From the NCBI GenBank assembly GCA_020137815.1, contig CM035358.1, positions 4,712,001 to 4,776,000 of the forward strand: DNA of 64,000 bases, given 5' to 3'. Within the stretch, counting starts at the first letter, position 1; every line of letters starts with the position of its first letter. Under the pieces are notes generated by a model that ran no database searches, was not told the origin of the DNA, and saw only the letters and a list, made by a program, of their open reading frames with translations. Below, in pieces: positions 59,401 through 64,000 of the stretch. The stretch is from Hormiphora californensis. Its lineage: Eukaryota > Animalia > Ctenophora. A program made the position numbers and the translations under genes.

Positions 59401-59558
59401 ATAATCATGGTGGTGAGTGAGATTCTGTGGGGGAATATCTTACGGAAATGATCTACGAAAGAGCTGCAGGAACCAATTAAAAATCACAGGTCGACACACG
59501 TAGTGAGTGGAAATGTGGTAGAATGGAAATTAATATTGAAAGTTAGGCTGAGTGGAGA

Positions 59559-59620
<62 letters not shown>

Positions 59621-60108
59621 GAGGAGAGAGATGGAGAGAGAGAGAAGAGAGAGAGATGAGAAGAGGAGAGAGACTCGCTCTCTCTCTCTCTCTCTCTTTC
59701 TCCTGCGACCTCTCTCTCTCCTATCTGACTCTCCTCTCCCCTTAGAATGATAGCAAACGCAAAGGAATTCGATAACGACATTTTCAATAAATTCATTTTC
59801 TTGCCTCCGTTTCTGCTACTGTAGTTTTTCCAATTGGTAACTAAATATTCTTGGCAGCAAAGTAATTTAGTTACCACGTCTAGAACTAAAGGTGGGAAAT
59901 GAACAAATTAACTTATTCATTCCGTAACTGCGTCATTCTCTCCTTCACTATTTATCGAACATTAGATGATGAATTATATTTTCGACTCTAAACTTATGTC
60001 ACAAGGCGTGTGTTGATGTAGTCACCTCTCTCTATCAATATCTCTTCCTGCAGTACCAATAACCAGTGCAAATGTATCTATTTTAACAAACCTATATTGT
60101 ATCTCGTT

Positions 60109-60143
<35 letters not shown>

Positions 60144-60153
60144 CGGCCCCTCG

Positions 60154-60184
<31 letters not shown>

Positions 60185-61608
60185 CTCGTCTCTCTCTCTC
60201 TTATCTCTCTGCCACCTCTCTTCTCCCTCTCTTCTGGCCTCATCGTCTCTCTCTCAGTCCTCTCCGCGTCTTCTCTCATCTATCTCTCTATGCTCTCTCT
60301 CCCTCCTCGTTCTCTCCGAGGCTCCTCTCTCGCTCCCCTCTCATCATCCTCAGTCCTCGTTTCCTCTTTCTCAGATCTGCTCGCTCTCTTCTTTGACGTG
60401 TTTCTCGTGCGCTGCATCGGGCCCGATCTCAGTCCTCCTCTCGGGCTGGGACGTTCTTTCTCTCCTCTCGTTTCTCGACCGGGTCTGCGTCCGTCTCTTA
60501 GACCTCTCTTCTTGCGTTTCTTTTGGTCTTTTCGTCTTCACTCGCCTCGTGCTAGTCTCGCTCTCTGGTCTGTCTCCTCTTCTCTTTCTCTCCTCCCTGT
60601 CTTCGTTCGGTCGTCTCGGGGGGTTTCACTCCTGTCTCTCTGTGCTCGCACTGTCTGCTTCCTGTGTTTTGCTCTGCTCATCTATCTGGTCCGCTCTCCC
60701 CGTCTCAGTTCTCTCGTCGTCTTGCTCTTTTCTGTTCTCTCTCTTCTCTCGTGTTCTGCTCGTTCTCCTGTCGCTGCTTTCTCCCCGTCGTCTTGGGGTT
60801 TGCTCTCTCGCTCTCTTCTCTTCGTTTCAGGTTTCGTTCTCGCTGCCCGGTCTCTCTCCGATTCGCTCTTCTCATGCTCTCCTCTCTCTCTTCTTCTCGT
60901 CTCTCTCCTTCTCGTTCAGTTCTTTCTTCTCTTCGTTCTCTCTTGGGGGTCTTCCGCTTCTCTTTCGTGACCCTTCTCTCCGCCTCTCGTTCCCATAGGG
61001 GGGGTCTGGGTCTCTTTCGTTGCTTCGGGTCTCTTTCTCTTCTTTCTGTCTCTCCCTCTGGTTTCTCTCTCTCTGGCTCTCCGGTCTTAGGGTGCTCTTT
61101 CTTTCGTCTCTCTCTGTCTCTCTCTCGCTGTCTCTCTCGGATCCCTTTTTTTTTTTTCATGTGTGCCTGTTGGCCCAGTCTTATTACCAGAACCCGCCTG
61201 TATTGATACGTGGAAACAAGACGAAACACGAAACAGTCTACTGTTTCGTCTTGTTTCCAGGACACGGCAAATAATTGAAAAGGGACTGGCAGTTATTTCA
61301 ATTATTTCGCTTTGAAAAAAAGACAATTTTTTGCTTTTTTTTGCGGTGAACTCCTTTTTTCTTTTGTACAGTTTGGTGCCGGAATTTTTAACGTGTGTGC
61401 TATTTTCTACCAGGTGTATTCAAACCCGGGCTGTTAATTTATATTGGCTGGTAGGAACTTCACCCTTACTTTTCCCAAACTTTACCTCGCAATTTTGTTA
61501 TGTTCTAACCCTCCTTTATATTTGTTTCACCCTGTGGGGTGGTAAGGCAAGGCAATCACAATTAACTATTTACTGGGGTTTATTGTTGAACAATTTCATT
61601 TTATAACA

Positions 61609-62206
61609 CTAGTAGGCCCGTTCGCCCTACGGGCGAATTTCGGGGAAATGATAGCTGGATTAGGGAACGCTGACATCACCTGCACCATCCGTTCCTAGCC
61701 TATCTTTCACTTTCTCCCTACTCATGTTGGTGTACGCTCTGGGCTTCCTGACAATGTCGAGGTGCGAATTTAAGAGATCAATGTCATGGAGGTGCAGTTC
61801 TGTTCCAGAAACTCATCACGTGAAAACTTGGCCGCTATGTAGCCGATTTGGAGATTTCTATATTCGACTGGAGTAATCACCCTTGGGCGACTTTGGGTAA
61901 AGCTATCCGTAGTCGTTGATTGGTTCGCTTGAACACGTTGGCGTAATCTGTCATATTCTCTAGCCTGCTCCCTGACAGCAGCAGTTCTCCTGGACCTAGA
62001 TAAACGTTGCCGAATAGCACTTTGGGTGGAAGAGCTAGACATCAGGACAGAAGTAAAAGAATGCACGTGCAGAATTGAATTTTCCCTTGGTACCCAACTG
62101 CAACTGGGAGAGAGGTCTCCACTCTCCAGGTCCCTCTAATAATTGCACGTGCAAGTGTAGTTGCTAGGTGACCACCGTTACACAATTTGCTTAGTAAGTA
62201 GTATGA
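61609..62206 (-). mobile_element. Non-autonomous Helitron relic
   Basis: The minus-strand 3' end is a ttcgccc-gta-gggcgaa hairpin followed by CTAG|T. Candidate 5' end a|TCATACTAC. The internal R/Q-rich ORF fragment (61770-62066) resembles a RepHel N-terminus. Confidence 0.6.
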
Positions 62207-62381
62207 TTTGATATGCCTTTTACATAATTTATTCGGTTGCTTATATTTACAGATCATCTTCAAACAGCTCTCTAATATATCGGGCACGTGTTTTTTTGGC
62301 TCAATTGTAACAATATTTCACTCTAATATATATTGGTCCTTACGAGGTCTGTATTCGATAATATTCTCCTCGAATCATATT

Positions 62382-63851
62382 CTAATAATCGTCATCATCA
62401 TCTTCATTTCCACTGGTTTCCTCTCTTCCAACCTCCTCATAATCCTTCTCAAGGGCAGCCAGATCCTCCCGGGCCTCGGTAAACTCCCCCTCCTCCATAC
62501 CCTCGCCAACGTACCAGTGGACAAAGGCCCTCTTGGCGTACATCAAATCAAACTTCCGATCCAGTCGAGCCCAGGCTTCCGCAATGGCAGTGGTGTTGGA
62601 CAACATGCAGACAGATCTGTTGACGGACGCGACGTCTCCCCCAGGAACGGCTACAGGAGGCTGGTAGTTGATGCCAACCTTGAATCCAGTGGGACACCAA
62701 TCGACGAATGTTACACTTCGTTTGTTCTTGATTGCTGCGATGGCAACATTCACATCTTTGGGTACAACATCACCCCTGTACAACATGCAACACGCCATGT
62801 ATTTGCCCTGTCTCGGATCACATTTCACCATCTGGTTGTAAGGATCAAAACACATGGATGTAATCTGATCCACTGCAAGTTGCTCGTGGTAGGCCCTTTC
62901 CGGGGAGAAGACAGGGGCATAGCTGACCAGGGGGAAATGGATCCGGGGATAGGGCACCAAGTTGGTCTGGAACTCAGTTAGATCAACGTTGAGGGCACCA
63001 TCAAATCGAAGGGAGGCTGTTATTGAGGAGACTATTTGGGCCATGAGCCGGTTGAGATTTGTGTAAGACGGTCGTTCGACATCAAGATTCTTCCTACAGA
63101 TATCATAGACGGCCTCATTGTCCACCATGAAGGCACAGTCGGAGGTGAGGAGTGTGTTGTGGGTGGTCAGGATGGAGTTGTAAGGCTCGACCACAGCGGT
63201 GGAAACTTGGGGAGAGGGATATACCGCGAACTCCAACTTGCTCTTCTTACCAAATTCGATACACAGCTGTTCCAGGAGAAGAGAGGTAAATCCAGATCCG
63301 GTTCCCCCTCCAAAGGAGTGGAAGACAAGGAATCCCTGGAGACCGGAACAAGCATCAGCCATCTTTCGGATCCGATCCGTACACGTCTCCAACATTGCCT
63401 TTCCGACCGTGAAATGTCCACGAGCGTAATTATTAGCGGCGTCCTCCACTCCGCTGATTAGCTGGTTGGGATGGAAGAGATTTCGGTAGGTGCCCAGTCG
63501 TACCTCGTCCAAAACAGAGGGCTCCAGGTCAAACATGACAGCACGTGGAACCCGTTTCCCGGAACCCGTTTCCCAGAAAAATGTCCCGAATGAGTCATCG
63601 TAGTGTGCAGTGGTTGTTCGAGATCCGTCTGGGGCACTGGGAAGGTAGCCGTCTGGCTGGATGCCGTGCTCCATACAGTACAGTTCCCAGCAGTTGTTCC
63701 CTATTTGGACGCCTGCCTGGCCTATGTGTACTGAAATACACTCTCTCTGAAATTAGTAATAGGTTTTAATTTAAAGCAGCTCCAAATATTGCAATGCCTT
63801 GTTACAGTTGTTAATGCTTCGTCTACACTTCTAAACTGTTGTACGTACCAT
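62382..63851 (-). CDS. TUBA: Alpha-tubulin (divergent). Exon 1 is the ATG only (63849-63851), exon 2 is 63746-62382
   Basis: M|[69 protein letters not shown], with the characteristic intron directly after the ATG. Confidence 0.97.
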
Positions 63852-64000
63852 TATTTTGGTGAAAATAAGATATCAAAGCTTGGAACAACGAAATGGTTTT
63901 CAGTTCAGAGCAAGTGTGTTGGAGAGAGAGAGAGAGAGCTTAGGGAAAGACTGTGAACAGAGGATCAATGTGTGTTTGGGGAAGCTAATGGTTGTGAAGG

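Noticed and set aside
60095-61160. Long S/L/R-rich ORFs in CT-rich sequence
   Set aside because: Looks like a noisy, low-accuracy read through a (CT)n tract, with no coding signal. The same applies to 28410-28800.

Overview
Intron-rich animal (eukaryotic) genomic DNA with many (CT)n/(GA)n microsatellites and MITEs. The gene and repeat style suggests a ctenophore (Pleurobrachia-like); this is an inference, not a database result. The assembly has scattered single-base indel errors and some noisy stretches. Recognisable genes: RPAP1 (+, exons 1130-18402), dysbindin/DTNBP1, a SPRY-domain gene, tRNA-Ser(GCT), CDK20 (-) and a divergent alpha-tubulin (-). Two large RPAP1 introns host an inverted pair of LDLa-rich class A GPCR genes that lack LRRs, plus a small orphan GPCR. 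Both LDLa-GPCR copies share the same +1 frame break at TGG-TGA. There is also a second intronless orphan GPCR, two related intronless low-complexity genes, a small secreted orphan protein and several DNA-transposon and Helitron relics. The top finding is a five-exon minus-strand gene (42149-44292) that reconstructs as a neuropeptide-like prepropeptide: a signal-peptide tail, a KR site, two QLPGR-G units, 33 tandem QMPSR-G units separated by acidic spacers, and a terminal VPAR-G-stop. It predicts an XPXR-amide peptide family.
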